NCBI GenBank assembly: GCA_023334545.1
Contig: JAADVB010000122.1
Coordinates: forward strand, 1-53,163
Source of the DNA: Salisapilia sapeloensis CBS 127946
Lineage: Eukaryota; Protista; Oomycota
Direction of reading: 5' to 3'
DNA length: 53,163 bases
This document shows positions 10,631 through 20,296 of this stretch, piece by piece (position 1 is the stretch's first letter; each line of letters begins with the position of its first letter). Position numbers and translations under genes: made by a program. A model generated the notes under the pieces. It saw only the letters and a list, made by a program, of their open reading frames with translations. It ran no database searches and had not been told where the DNA came from.

Positions 10631-12519
10631 ATGGTGTCGGATGAACCATACGCGAGCTCGGAAGTCGATACAAGTCAAGAGAACTCGGGACAGAATGCTG
10701 TCCAGCAAGTATGTTCGAGTGCACCGGACGTTACGCCGGACACGGGCAAAGCGGATGAACTACGGACATTCGCTTTACGCACGGAGCGATGTGTATTAGA
10801 AGACTTTACGCCATTTTCAAAAAGCCACTTGTGGGCACTCATGATGTCGTTTTATGATCGCCAAGGGGTCTCGTCCTGGTCCCAAGGCATCGTGCCTCAC
10901 TTTATCACATCCAACGCGTTCATCGCGAAGCGATACAGTAAATTGCTACAAGCTTATTTCCGTGACGCATGCCAGCCAAATGCAGAGCGACCACTGGACA
11001 CCTCTGAGCCATTCTACATTGTGGAACTAGGTGCTGGGTCTGGTAAATTTAGCTTTTACCTCTTACAAGCTCTCGCTGCAGTCGAGGTATGTCACTCCTT
11101 TCTTCCTAGCTGCTTGGTAACTTACACGAGTATCTGTAGGACGTCCTCGACTTTCCTCTTGACCAGATCCGATACGTCCTGACGGACTTTACGGCCCAGA
11201 ACTTTAACTTCTGGAAGACCCATCCGGCCTTGGCGCCGTTCGTCAAGCGTGGCATCGTCGACTTTGCCATCTTTGACGCTAGTAAAGACACGACGATGTC
11301 GTTGACAATCGCGGAGAAAGAATTGGCTGTTGGACAGATGAAAAACCCTTTATGTGTCGTCGCGAACTATCTCTTTGATACCTTAAGTCATGACCTATTC
11401 CGTATTGAGCATGGCGAATTGAAGCAAGGTCTTGTAAGTGTCGGTTCTCGTGCAACGCATGAACCGGATCCACTTGACCCAGCCATCATCTCGAGACTTT
11501 CGAACGAATACAAGTACGAACGTATTGACGAGGACTTTTATGGACAAGATCAACCGCACTTGAATAGCATCCTCAAGTGGTATCACGAGTACTTTGATCC
11601 GTCGACTAGTGCCACGGTCCTCGTCCCGATTGGTGCACTGTCAGCGATCGATCGACTAAGCAAACTGTCGAATGGACGGCTGCTCGTCTTGTCTGGAGAC
11701 AAAGGGAACTCGGATCCGAGTCACTTTATCGGTGCGACGGACCCGCACTTGGCGATCCACGGCAGCTTCTCGGTCATGGTAAATTACCACGCGATTGGCA
11801 TCTACTTTGCCAGTCGCGGCGGCTTTGCCATGCACAGCGCACAGGAAGAAGCGAGCCTCAAAGTGTCTCTCTTCCTTCTTGATTCGAAAGACACTTCATC
11901 CGAAGACGTCGTAGGAGAATCAGTCGATACCTTGTTCCAATCTCGTCGTAAGGAGTACAAGTATGTCTCCCAATGCTTTGTCGATGAAGTCGAATCATTC
12001 GGACCGAACGACTTCTTCGCGCTACAAAAGTCGTTTAAGGAAGAGACACGCTCTCCATCTCTTCGAGGTGTCTTAAGTCTCCTTCAACTAAGCGGATGTG
12101 ATCCCGACATCTTTTATAAATTCCGTGACGTCCTGCTAGATCATGCACCTAGTGCATCCCCAAAGCTGAAACGAGACGTCCAACGGTGCATCCCGAAAGT
12201 CTGGATGAACTACTTTTCTCTAGACAGTGAAAAGGATGTCGCGTTTGAACTCGGTCGACTCTTGTACGGCATGCACGAGTTCGACGATGCCTTGACGTAC
12301 TATAAACTGTCGGAGGAAGAGATGGGGAAGCATCATGTCACAAGTCATAACATGGGTCTCTGCTACTACAGCAAGAAGGATCTATCTCTAGCGTATTCTT
12401 GTTTCTCGGATGCACATGCACAGAACGCTAGTTACCAAAAGGCTTTGACGTGGATGGTGCGTGTGCAGCATGAGATGGACGAAAAGGTCGAGACGAGTGG
12501 ACAGGACGTAGACAAGTAG
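10631..12519 (+). CDS. SAM-dependent methyltransferase-like protein (MidA/NDUFAF7-like fold) with C-terminal TPRs, 2 exons, about 611 aa
   Basis: Motif I VELGAGSGKF. Intron 11087-11139 joins the two listed ORFs (RYVLTDF, VVANYLFDTL). TPR-like helices ELGRLLYGMHEFDDALTYYKLS and HNMGLCYY. The start could alternatively be 10562. Confidence 0.75.
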
Positions 12520-12619
12520 AACGTCGTATGGATGAAAAGAGAGGGATGATAACGAATGAGCAGACACCTTGTATTGTTAATGAAAGCACAAGTCGTCTTT
12601 GCCCTTGTCTTCTATGGCG

Positions 12620-13943
12620 CTACTTGGTCGGGACGGACGCCACGTCGCCAGTGATCTGCCACGCAATCATCTTCCGGTCGTTGCTGACACTAAAGAACGT
12701 GTTGAGTGGACCGAGTGAGATACGACGAACGGCATCCGTGTGTCCGACGTTGAACGTATTCGACAGCACGCCCTTGTAGGCAAAGGACGGCAGCTCTTTG
12801 ATGGTGATGCCGCCATCCGACGTGCCGACGAGGAGAATGGGCGTCTGATTCGGATCCTGTGCGCCACAGAGCGACGTGACTTGGTTGTCCATCGTCTCTT
12901 GGAACATTTGCTGGAACGGTGGCGCGAGGCTCCAGACGATGACTTGTGAGTCGAGTCCGCCGCTAATGAGGAACGTCTCGCTCTGATTGACCCAGAACTC
13001 AAGATCCATGACAGCGTCCGTATGTCCATTGCCATCGACTTTGGATAACGTTTTTACACAAGTATAAGTAGACAGATCCCATAGACGGATGGTCGTATCG
13101 ACGGAAGCAGACGCGAGGCTGTAGACATGGTGTTAGTCATGTATCGAAAGGAGGTGTTTAGGGAGTAAAGTACATGGGAGTTTCGCCTAAGACAAAGGTT
13201 TTCAGACGCGTGACGCCTCGGACGTGGCCTTCGAGCTGACCTCGGCACTGGAACGTATTGGACGTCGTGTCGAGTTGCCAGTATCGGATCGTGCCGTCGC
13301 TACTGCCACTGAAGAGCGTCGCGGCGCCGTTCTTGTCGGTCGCAACGGCTAAAGACAAGACACTGGCTTTGTGTGCGAATGGCATGCTTTCACTTACTTG
13401 GAACTCGTAAGGAGGTTGTTGTGGATTCTCGAGGTTCCAACCTCGGATCCGACCGACGCCAAGCGTAGGATTACTTGGGTACTTGCCTTCAAATCCGGCG
13501 AATAAAAGAGGACCTGCAAGTACCATGGACGTCACGCCTTCCTTGTTCTCTTTCGAATAGTTCCCTCGTCCACCACGTCCACGATTGTTATTCCTATTGC
13601 TATTCGATTGACTCGTCGGTGCTTCTTCTTGGACGCTCAAGTTGGTCAATTCGTTCCATGAGACACAATCCCATAGCTTAATGTTTGCATCAGCAGCACA
13701 AGTGAAAAGCTGCTGGTTGGCACCCCACATAACAACATCTTTCACAGCTCCATTATGGCCCTTGGTCTCCCCGATCTTCTTTAAGAGGTGGACGAAGCCA
13801 CACGGTCGACCTTTTACCTGTTCAAAGTCGCAATTGCCGTCTAGATACTTTCGACATAGCTGTCCGCCTTGGTTCTGACCTCGACCGCGGCCTCGACCGC
13901 CGCCAAAGCCACCGCGACGTCCGCCACCGTGATTATAGACCAT
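12620..13943 (-). CDS. CCCH zinc finger plus WD40 repeat protein (ZFWD-like) with an RGG-rich N-terminus, 2 exons, 422 aa
   Basis: CRKYLDGNC......CGFVH zinc finger; WD repeats GHNGAVKD..IKLWD, LFSGSSDGTIRYW, GHVRGV..SASVDTTIRLWD, GHTDAV. Intron at 13119-13173. Confidence 0.85.
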
Positions 13944-14591
13944 ACTGACTATCGACTTGGTTGTTGGCCACTCAGGCTTTACGGGACGGGGGAAGTGGGC
14001 GTATTTTAATAGAATCATACCTTCGGAAGACAGTGGAGCGACATGGATCGAGAGATGGAATTCGATCGGATGTCCAGTTGGAGTGGAGTGGAACGTGGAT
14101 AAGATGGCTGGTTAGGATGAATGGAAATGGAATGTGAATGGGAGATGGATGTGGAGGAAGGATTTGTAGTCGTATTTATAGTGTTGTAGTATGAGTACTT
14201 GTGTTTAGTCGAGGTGTCCATAAGTATTATTATCTTTGTTCGGTGGTTGCGATAGTTGTCGTGCGACGGGTGTATGTCCAGAGGTTTTTGTTGCTATGTC
14301 TTGGTGTGGTCATTCAGATGCTAGGCTATTCTTATGACTATGTTGTGGTGTAGTGACGGTGGAGACATCGGAGTATTTAAAGCGTTCCTTTTCGTTTGAT
14401 TTTAAGGCCATACTCGCGTTGGATACCGATTCGGTATTATTGGGGATTCACTCTTTATAGTTCTATTCATGAAAATCGACTTGACAAACTCTGTGTTCGC
14501 TGAGAATAACCGATTTTGCTTTGCTACTTGCTATTGGAAACCTAACGAAACACTTCAACTTTCACACCTATCTAGGAGTACAAAAGCAAGC

Positions 14592-15010
14592 AATCGTTCG
14601 TCTTGGATGCAATCGGTGGAAACGATCTTCGATAAGACTACAAATCACGCCTGGTGCTCGAAATGTGCAAATTTGAAAAAGCGCGCATAGTGATGAACAA
14701 AAGAATTGGGCGACATTTGTGACTTCCACCGTGCTATGTGCCACTAAATTGGCGAAGAGCTCACTGTTGCAAGTAAATCGAATACAACTTCAACCTGGAT
14801 GACTTCCGTCGGTCAACTATGATAAGCTCGACACTAGTCCTGCCAAAACACGGCAGAGGAACGGACAATGTACGTGGATAGAGAGGAAAGAGTAGGGGGA
14901 ACAGCCAAGCACCTCGGCAGTCATTCCTAATGCAATTCCTCTAACTTCACATGTTGCCTTCAATGCCTTACACATACCCTGATTATCTGCTCAGCGAACA
15001 CAGTCTATAG
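14592..15010. repeat. Degenerate dispersed repeat, copy B
   Basis: Shares GATGCAATC-GG.GGAAACGATCTT, TCACGCCTGGTGCTCGA, GAAGAGCTCA..GTAAATCGAAT.CAACTTCAA and ATCTGCTCA.CGAACACAG with 22-540, in the same order and orientation. Confidence 0.75.
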
Positions 15011-15182
15011 TTTCCAAGACACTTCAGCTATCTGCAAATGTTTTTTATACAGTTGAGGAAAGTGTAGACAAGCTTCCATGACTCTTCTATAGCTGATAGT
15101 AATCTAGTGGAAACTTGGGCAATTATAGCTACATTAAAAGAAGAACAAAAATATAAAAGTTTACTTGTCACATGACTACATG

Positions 15183-16666
15183 CTAATCCTCGGTCAGAGT
15201 CTGTAGACTCAAGTTCGGAACGTCTGAATTCAAAAAGCCAGGTTGTTTAAACCCTGTGGATACGTTCCGACATGTATACTGTCCAAGGTTCTTCACCCAG
15301 ACAGCAAACGCTTGGAGTTGACTTGCAATCTGCTCATTCACTGTATCTACCGGACTACATGATCATAAACTCTGTCACCTCTGCACTATACTCAAAGCAA
15401 GAGAAAGAAATACCTCGGCTCATACTCGATGTAGAAGAGCATTTCCCTATCTCCATACGATTACACCTTGCTGTTGCATATATGGAAGGAAGACAAGTAC
15501 GCGCGACTGGTGGCATCCACGAGATGCTTAACGATCGACGCTGGTCGACTTTGTATCTGGAGCACACGTAGGTTCTGGAAACCAAAGACGGAAACGATTC
15601 GAAATAACGCCTGCGACTCATTTTCCATTGCCACCACCACCGTAGCTTTTTGATAACTCTTTTCTTTGTCTTCTTCTGTGTTCAACGTGTCCTCAAGTCG
15701 TATTAGATCCTTGTCAGATCGACTTAAGAGAGCATAAGTAGTTACATGCAGGTTACTATCGTTAATATCTGGAAGAAGAATGTCTAGTCCGGATGCAATT
15801 GCTATTCTTTCTCCAGCTATTGCTGCACTCTGCTTCTCTCCTGTCATTTTGAGTCTATGGCATGCATCTGCGGCGGACCACATCGGCAGACACGTAACGA
15901 CTTGTTGTGAAGTGGATTGGAAGTGAGAGATAAAGGTGGAACAAGCTAATTGGAGGTCTATGGGAAGGTAGATGGATGTAGTGATAGTAGATGAAGCACC
16001 AGGGAGAACACACAGACACAATTTGTCTTCGTATAGGAGCTCTCCGACGATCGACAAGTCGAAGCCACTGGCGATGAGTGGATCAATGGTGGAGTGGAGG
16101 ATACCAGAAGACGATTCGATAGGTACGATGGCACTATCAATCGTTTCATCTGCTAAAGCAGACAAAAGAGATGGAAAGGTATCGAAAGGGAATGGTTTAT
16201 AGCTGCGTCTGTCTGACTGTAGGACCTCCATGGCCAAGTCAGTTGCCTAAATTATAGTAAAAACAGTTACATGGCAGTCCCATCACTAGAATACATTAAC
16301 TACAGGCGTGGCTATACGTACAAATGACTGTGGATCGATAAAACCAAGGCCGAATACTTGATGATCATCAGTAAATAGCTGATCATCAGAGGAGAGTATC
16401 GAGGATTCCTTAGGGTCATCCTTCTTTGCTACATATCGTTTTTTACGTTTATCTGTGCCTGGAACTCGACGCCTACCTGCACCTGGCAGGCGTTTAGAAT
16501 CTGGATTTTGCTGCTCAATTTGCTCTTGCTTGCGCCTCCAATGACGAATGACACTTCGATCGATGCCGAATCGTTGGGCAACTTCATACATGCTCGAGGT
16601 TTCTGCAGCTTCGAGTATACGGAGCTTCTCTTGCGCCGTAAAGCTCCGGCGCTTAATCTTCGACAT
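15183..16666 (-). CDS. Fusion protein: Brinker/pogo-type HTH DNA-binding domain, degenerate prephenate dehydratase domain and ACT domain; 4 exons, 431 aa
   Basis: Exons 16666-16322, 16246-15501, 15446-15414 and 15354-15183 are all joined by GT-AG introns and stay in phase. HTH: KRRSFTAQEKLRILEAAE...VAQRFGIDRSVIRHWRRK...PGAGRR. PDT: GFIDPQSF|ATDLA, AIVPIESSSG, IVGE. ACT: QALFRIV..F...IQSRP...EMLFYIEYE...VKNLGQY. Confidence 0.82.
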
Positions 16667-17113
16667 CGCGTGTCCTGCGTAGGTGGTGTTTGATGCAGTT
16701 AGAGAGGTTGATAGGTAGCATTGTAGCCAGGTACTTGAAGTTGGGATCATATATGCTAGTAGCTGCCTAGAAACGCCGTTAGGACGACTTCTCCTGCAGT
16801 AGCTCGCCATCTGCGTCATACACATGCATTTACCATGTAGCGAATTTGTATGGACTATGTAGAATATTGTCATTTGTGGTATAGTACTAAATATAAGAGG
16901 AAGATGGGAATATGTATGTAGCATGTAATCTAACAAGCTCGAGATTTACTGCGTCTATCCGTTCTAGGAACGGCTATAAGACCTAGTTTACGTCCTGCAC
17001 TGCATCTAATGTCGTTGTATGTGCATACCATCATGCCAGTAGGGTACAACGAACATGGGTAAAAGCGAGATGCATAGCAAAAACGAGTTCTATTGTTTCG
17101 TCCTAGGAAAAGA

Positions 17114-18358
17114 TTATTTGCCAGAGTAGGCAGGTTGGTAGTGGACAAACTCTTCAGCGTACTGTCCTTCGATAGGGCAGCTCTTGGAGCAAGTGAAGAC
17201 GGCTAATGTCCCCCATTCACAGCTCTGGTTTCCAATCTCTTGCAAGTTCGACGACTGGTCTTCTTTCAAGTAATAGATGAGCTGCGGAAGTACTTGAAAC
17301 TCAAACTGTCGATTCGCACCACATCGTTCACATGCTGGCACTTTGCTAGTTTCCAACATTCCTTTTTCATGTACCCACAAGAGAGCATCGTCTTGCCATC
17401 TAGCGTACCGTAGGACCTGATCTTTCGCCAAAGCAATGCGAGTTAAGAATCTAACGTACTCCTTGTCCTGATCACCTGTGGCACCTAGCATTTCATTCAA
17501 TTCTTTTTGCGTCAGATCGATCTGAGAATCATCCGTAAACGGATTCGATGCGTCATCCTGTGTCTTTGGATGCATCTGAGCTTTTTGGAAATCAGAAATG
17601 AGTTTCGCTTCTTGGTCATCCACGGCTTCCGTCGCGTCTGGCTCTTGCTCGATCTCGAGTTCGTATTCTGGGAAGATCCACTTCGATCCGTTCGTACGGA
17701 TATCTAATTCTACAGTTTCTATCTTTTCTGCTACGTCGCTACTACAAAGCTGTTTATGTCCGTGCTTCCAATGGTCTTTCTGATGCTCCTTGCAGCAGTA
17801 GTGTACCTGCTTGCAAGCACTGCAAGTGAATTCGGATGGAAGACTGCATAATGCACATCGAGTCTTTGTGGGTAGTGTCGATGCAGAAGCTTTGAGCTCA
17901 TAGTCATGGACTTCGGATGGATAGATCGGATTCTCTTTCGGTAGCTGGTTGCGATAGATACGTGCATGGCCTTGGCTGTTGCAAGCACGATTGCGACAGC
18001 AGAAGAGATAGAGCGATCGATGGAATGCGTCCGGTTCGTCATCCAAAGGACAGTAGATTTGGAGTAAGAATGAGAGAGGAGTAGAACATTCTTTGCAACA
18101 AAAGTTAGATACGGACGGCAGTGTATGTGGCGTCAACCAGCTCGGCTGGCCGCCGACTTTGCCACCGCCCCACTGGCTCCAGTCAGCATTCTCATGGAGC
18201 ACGAGCGGTTCTTCCTCTTCTTCTTGTGGAACGACAAAGCCTAGCTCAACATCCTGGTCATTGCTATAGTCCATCTCATCCTCTTCGTCATCTTGGATAT
18301 CATCTACGACGTCAGGATGCGGCTCCGAGACCTCCTGCGTACTTGAGCTCATTGTCAT
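17114..18358 (-). CDS. PDCD2: PDCD2/TSR4-like protein (zf-MYND plus PDCD2_C), 414 aa
   Basis: GKVGGQPSWL; LLQIYCPL...FHRSLYLFCC; MYND finger CALC...CSAC...YCCKEHQKDHWK..HK; QVLRY; FEFQVLPQLI; EWGTLAVFTC. Confidence 0.9.
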   Translation of the reverse strand: MTMSSSTQEVSEPHPDVVDDIQDDEEDEMDYSNDQDVELGFVVPQEEEEEPLVLHENADWSQWGGGKVGGQPSWLTPHTLPSVSNFCCKECSTPLSFLLQIYCPLDDEPDAFHRSLYLFCCRNRACNSQGHARIYRNQLPKENPIYPSEVHDYELKASASTLPTKTRCALCSLPSEFTCSACKQVHYCCKEHQKDHWKHGHKQLCSSDVAEKIETVELDIRTNGSKWIFPEYELEIEQEPDATEAVDDQEAKLISDFQKAQMHPKTQDDASNPFTDDSQIDLTQKELNEMLGATGDQDKEYVRFLTRIALAKDQVLRYARWQDDALLWVHEKGMLETSKVPACERCGANRQFEFQVLPQLIYYLKEDQSSNLQEIGNQSCEWGTLAVFTCSKSCPIEGQYAEEFVHYQPAYSGK

Positions 18359-18449
18359 GAGGAATTATCAGATGAAGATGAATGGCTTGAAAATCTCAAT
18401 ACAAAAAGCAAGTTTAAACTGAGACGACACCAGTACTGCGTCATTTAGC

Positions 18450-19433
18450 ATGAAGAGCGTCATGCAGGTCGCGAGCAAGCACAGAGGCCAGTTGGAGGCT
18501 ATGCTTCGGCGTGATATACCTCCCTCTTCCTTAAATGAAACTACCCTGCATTGTAGAATCGATGATCTATACCTTCCGATGGTGCAATGGATTTCAGAGG
18601 TCGTTGCGTCCGTGAAAGAGAAGACTCCAGCTTCCTGTGTATGCATTGGACTCAGTGGTGTTCAAGGCAGCGGTAAGACGACCGTTTGCCGGTACTTGGA
18701 AGAAGTCATGGTGGATGACGGATACAAGTGCGCCGTGGTGTCTTTGGATGACGCGTATTTGACACGCAAGGAGCAGATCCAAGTAGCGGAAGAGAATGCT
18801 TCGAATCCACTTTTACAAGTGCGTGGGAATCCTGGGACCCACGACATGAGTTTGTTGACAGATTTTGTTCAAAAGTGTAAAAGCGGTAGTACTAGTACTT
18901 TGTCTGTTCCTCGTTATGATAAATCCATGCATCACGGACGTGGTGATCGAGTACCATCTACGGAATGGCCTGTTAAACAAGGTCCATTGGATGTTGTGCT
19001 TGTCGAAGGATGGTGCATGGGTTTCCAGGCAGTGGATGAGAGTGCTCTGTCAACTCCAAACCTGCTGCCGGTCAATACTGCTCTTCGACAGTTTGAAGAG
19101 CTGTATAAAGAGCTGGATGCCATGACGGTTTTGAAGATTGCTGACCCGCAGTGGGTGTACAAGTGGAGGGAAGAGCAAGAGGAGCAGTTGAGAGCTTCTG
19201 GTAAAAGTGCTATGACGCATGAGCAAGTTGTGGACTTTGTCGATCGGTATATGCCCTCCTATGAGACGTATCTGAGTGGATTGTACGCTCCTTTGGGAGA
19301 TAAAAAGTCTTCGGCATTGGAGCGTATCCCGAGACTGGTGCTGGAGATCGACGATTCTCGCTTGCCACTGTCAAAACAGCCGAAAGAGTTTAACTTTTCT
19401 TCAAAGACGTTGCAAGGGAATGGTACAAGTTAA
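18450..19433 (+). CDS. GLYK: D-glycerate 3-kinase (GLYK/Tda10-like P-loop kinase), 327 aa
   Basis: GLSGVQGSGKTT Walker A; SLDDAYL; NPLLQVRGNPGTHD; PRYDKS...GRGDR; VEGWCMGF; WREEQE...M...V.DFVDRYMPSY. Confidence 0.88.
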   Translation: MKSVMQVASKHRGQLEAMLRRDIPPSSLNETTLHCRIDDLYLPMVQWISEVVASVKEKTPASCVCIGLSGVQGSGKTTVCRYLEEVMVDDGYKCAVVSLDDAYLTRKEQIQVAEENASNPLLQVRGNPGTHDMSLLTDFVQKCKSGSTSTLSVPRYDKSMHHGRGDRVPSTEWPVKQGPLDVVLVEGWCMGFQAVDESALSTPNLLPVNTALRQFEELYKELDAMTVLKIADPQWVYKWREEQEEQLRASGKSAMTHEQVVDFVDRYMPSYETYLSGLYAPLGDKKSSALERIPRLVLEIDDSRLPLSKQPKEFNFSSKTLQGNGTS

Positions 19434-20296
19434 TCGGACTACAGTGCTTTGATGCGAAGAGAAGGCTAACCAAAGAAACAAGTTGGAGATCACTTGCGTT
19501 TGTCAGGGTTTGTAGATGTACTTGTTCTGAACAGAGGAATATTCGTTCCTCTTGTGTTTAGCTGTGGTCATTTCAAATGAGCTGATGGAGTAGAGGTACT
19601 ACCTATTACAGTACAGACCATTCGTGAGATATCTATAGCTGTTAATATTCCTCTGTATGTGTGTACTAGCAGGTAGAAAAACGGACAATGGATTACATTG
19701 GCGTACATCATGCCCTGCAACCAAAATAGAATGCTTTATGAGTATCATGAGGTTGGATCGATGGTATCTCTTCTAGATACCTCCGAGAGGACGATTCAAA
19801 CGAGCGACTCGTCTTGATATTTGTATCCAAATTTGGCGGGAAATGTAACTTAATCGATCTTCAAGAGATGCTTGTCAACGGAGAGCAGCATGAGTGGTAA
19901 CTTAATACTTTATTCTTCTCCCCCATTAAGTCGATGACTTATAGTAGCCTTATATCCTGCATGCAAGATGACACTGATAGTGTCACGTTTAGAATGGGAC
20001 AATGCTTGCTTGTGATGTACCTCGTGTTCATCCATTGAAGTCTGTTATAACGTGCTTTGATACATCAAGTCATGCTGTCAATACTCCATCCACCACCTCC
20101 TGCCCATGTCTACACTATCATCCTTCTCACATTTGCATGCTGTCATTAGGCTCATATCATCCCATACAGCAAGTATATACTCTTCCCTAATCTATCAATC
20201 TCCCTACCAACGCATATACGCAGCAGGAATCAGATAACAATCGACAACAAATTCAAAGACGACTTTGCATTGTCCACACCCCACACGTACGTCTGC

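Noticed and set aside
16271-16285. Possible 15-nt microexon inside intron 1 of the HTH-PDT gene (internal AG and GT)
   Set aside because: The flanking introns would be 36 and 24 nt, shorter than any other intron here (49 nt or more), and the exon would begin with an in-frame TGA.
6794-16666. Aromatic amino-acid gene cluster (tyrosinase plus PDT-like regulator)
   Set aside because: The two are separated by unrelated housekeeping genes, and nothing in the sequence links them beyond proximity.
16667-16936. 90-codon N-terminal extension of the HTH ORF
   Set aside because: Composition is not protein-like and the homology-like signal starts at MSKIKRR. It is not excluded without cDNA.
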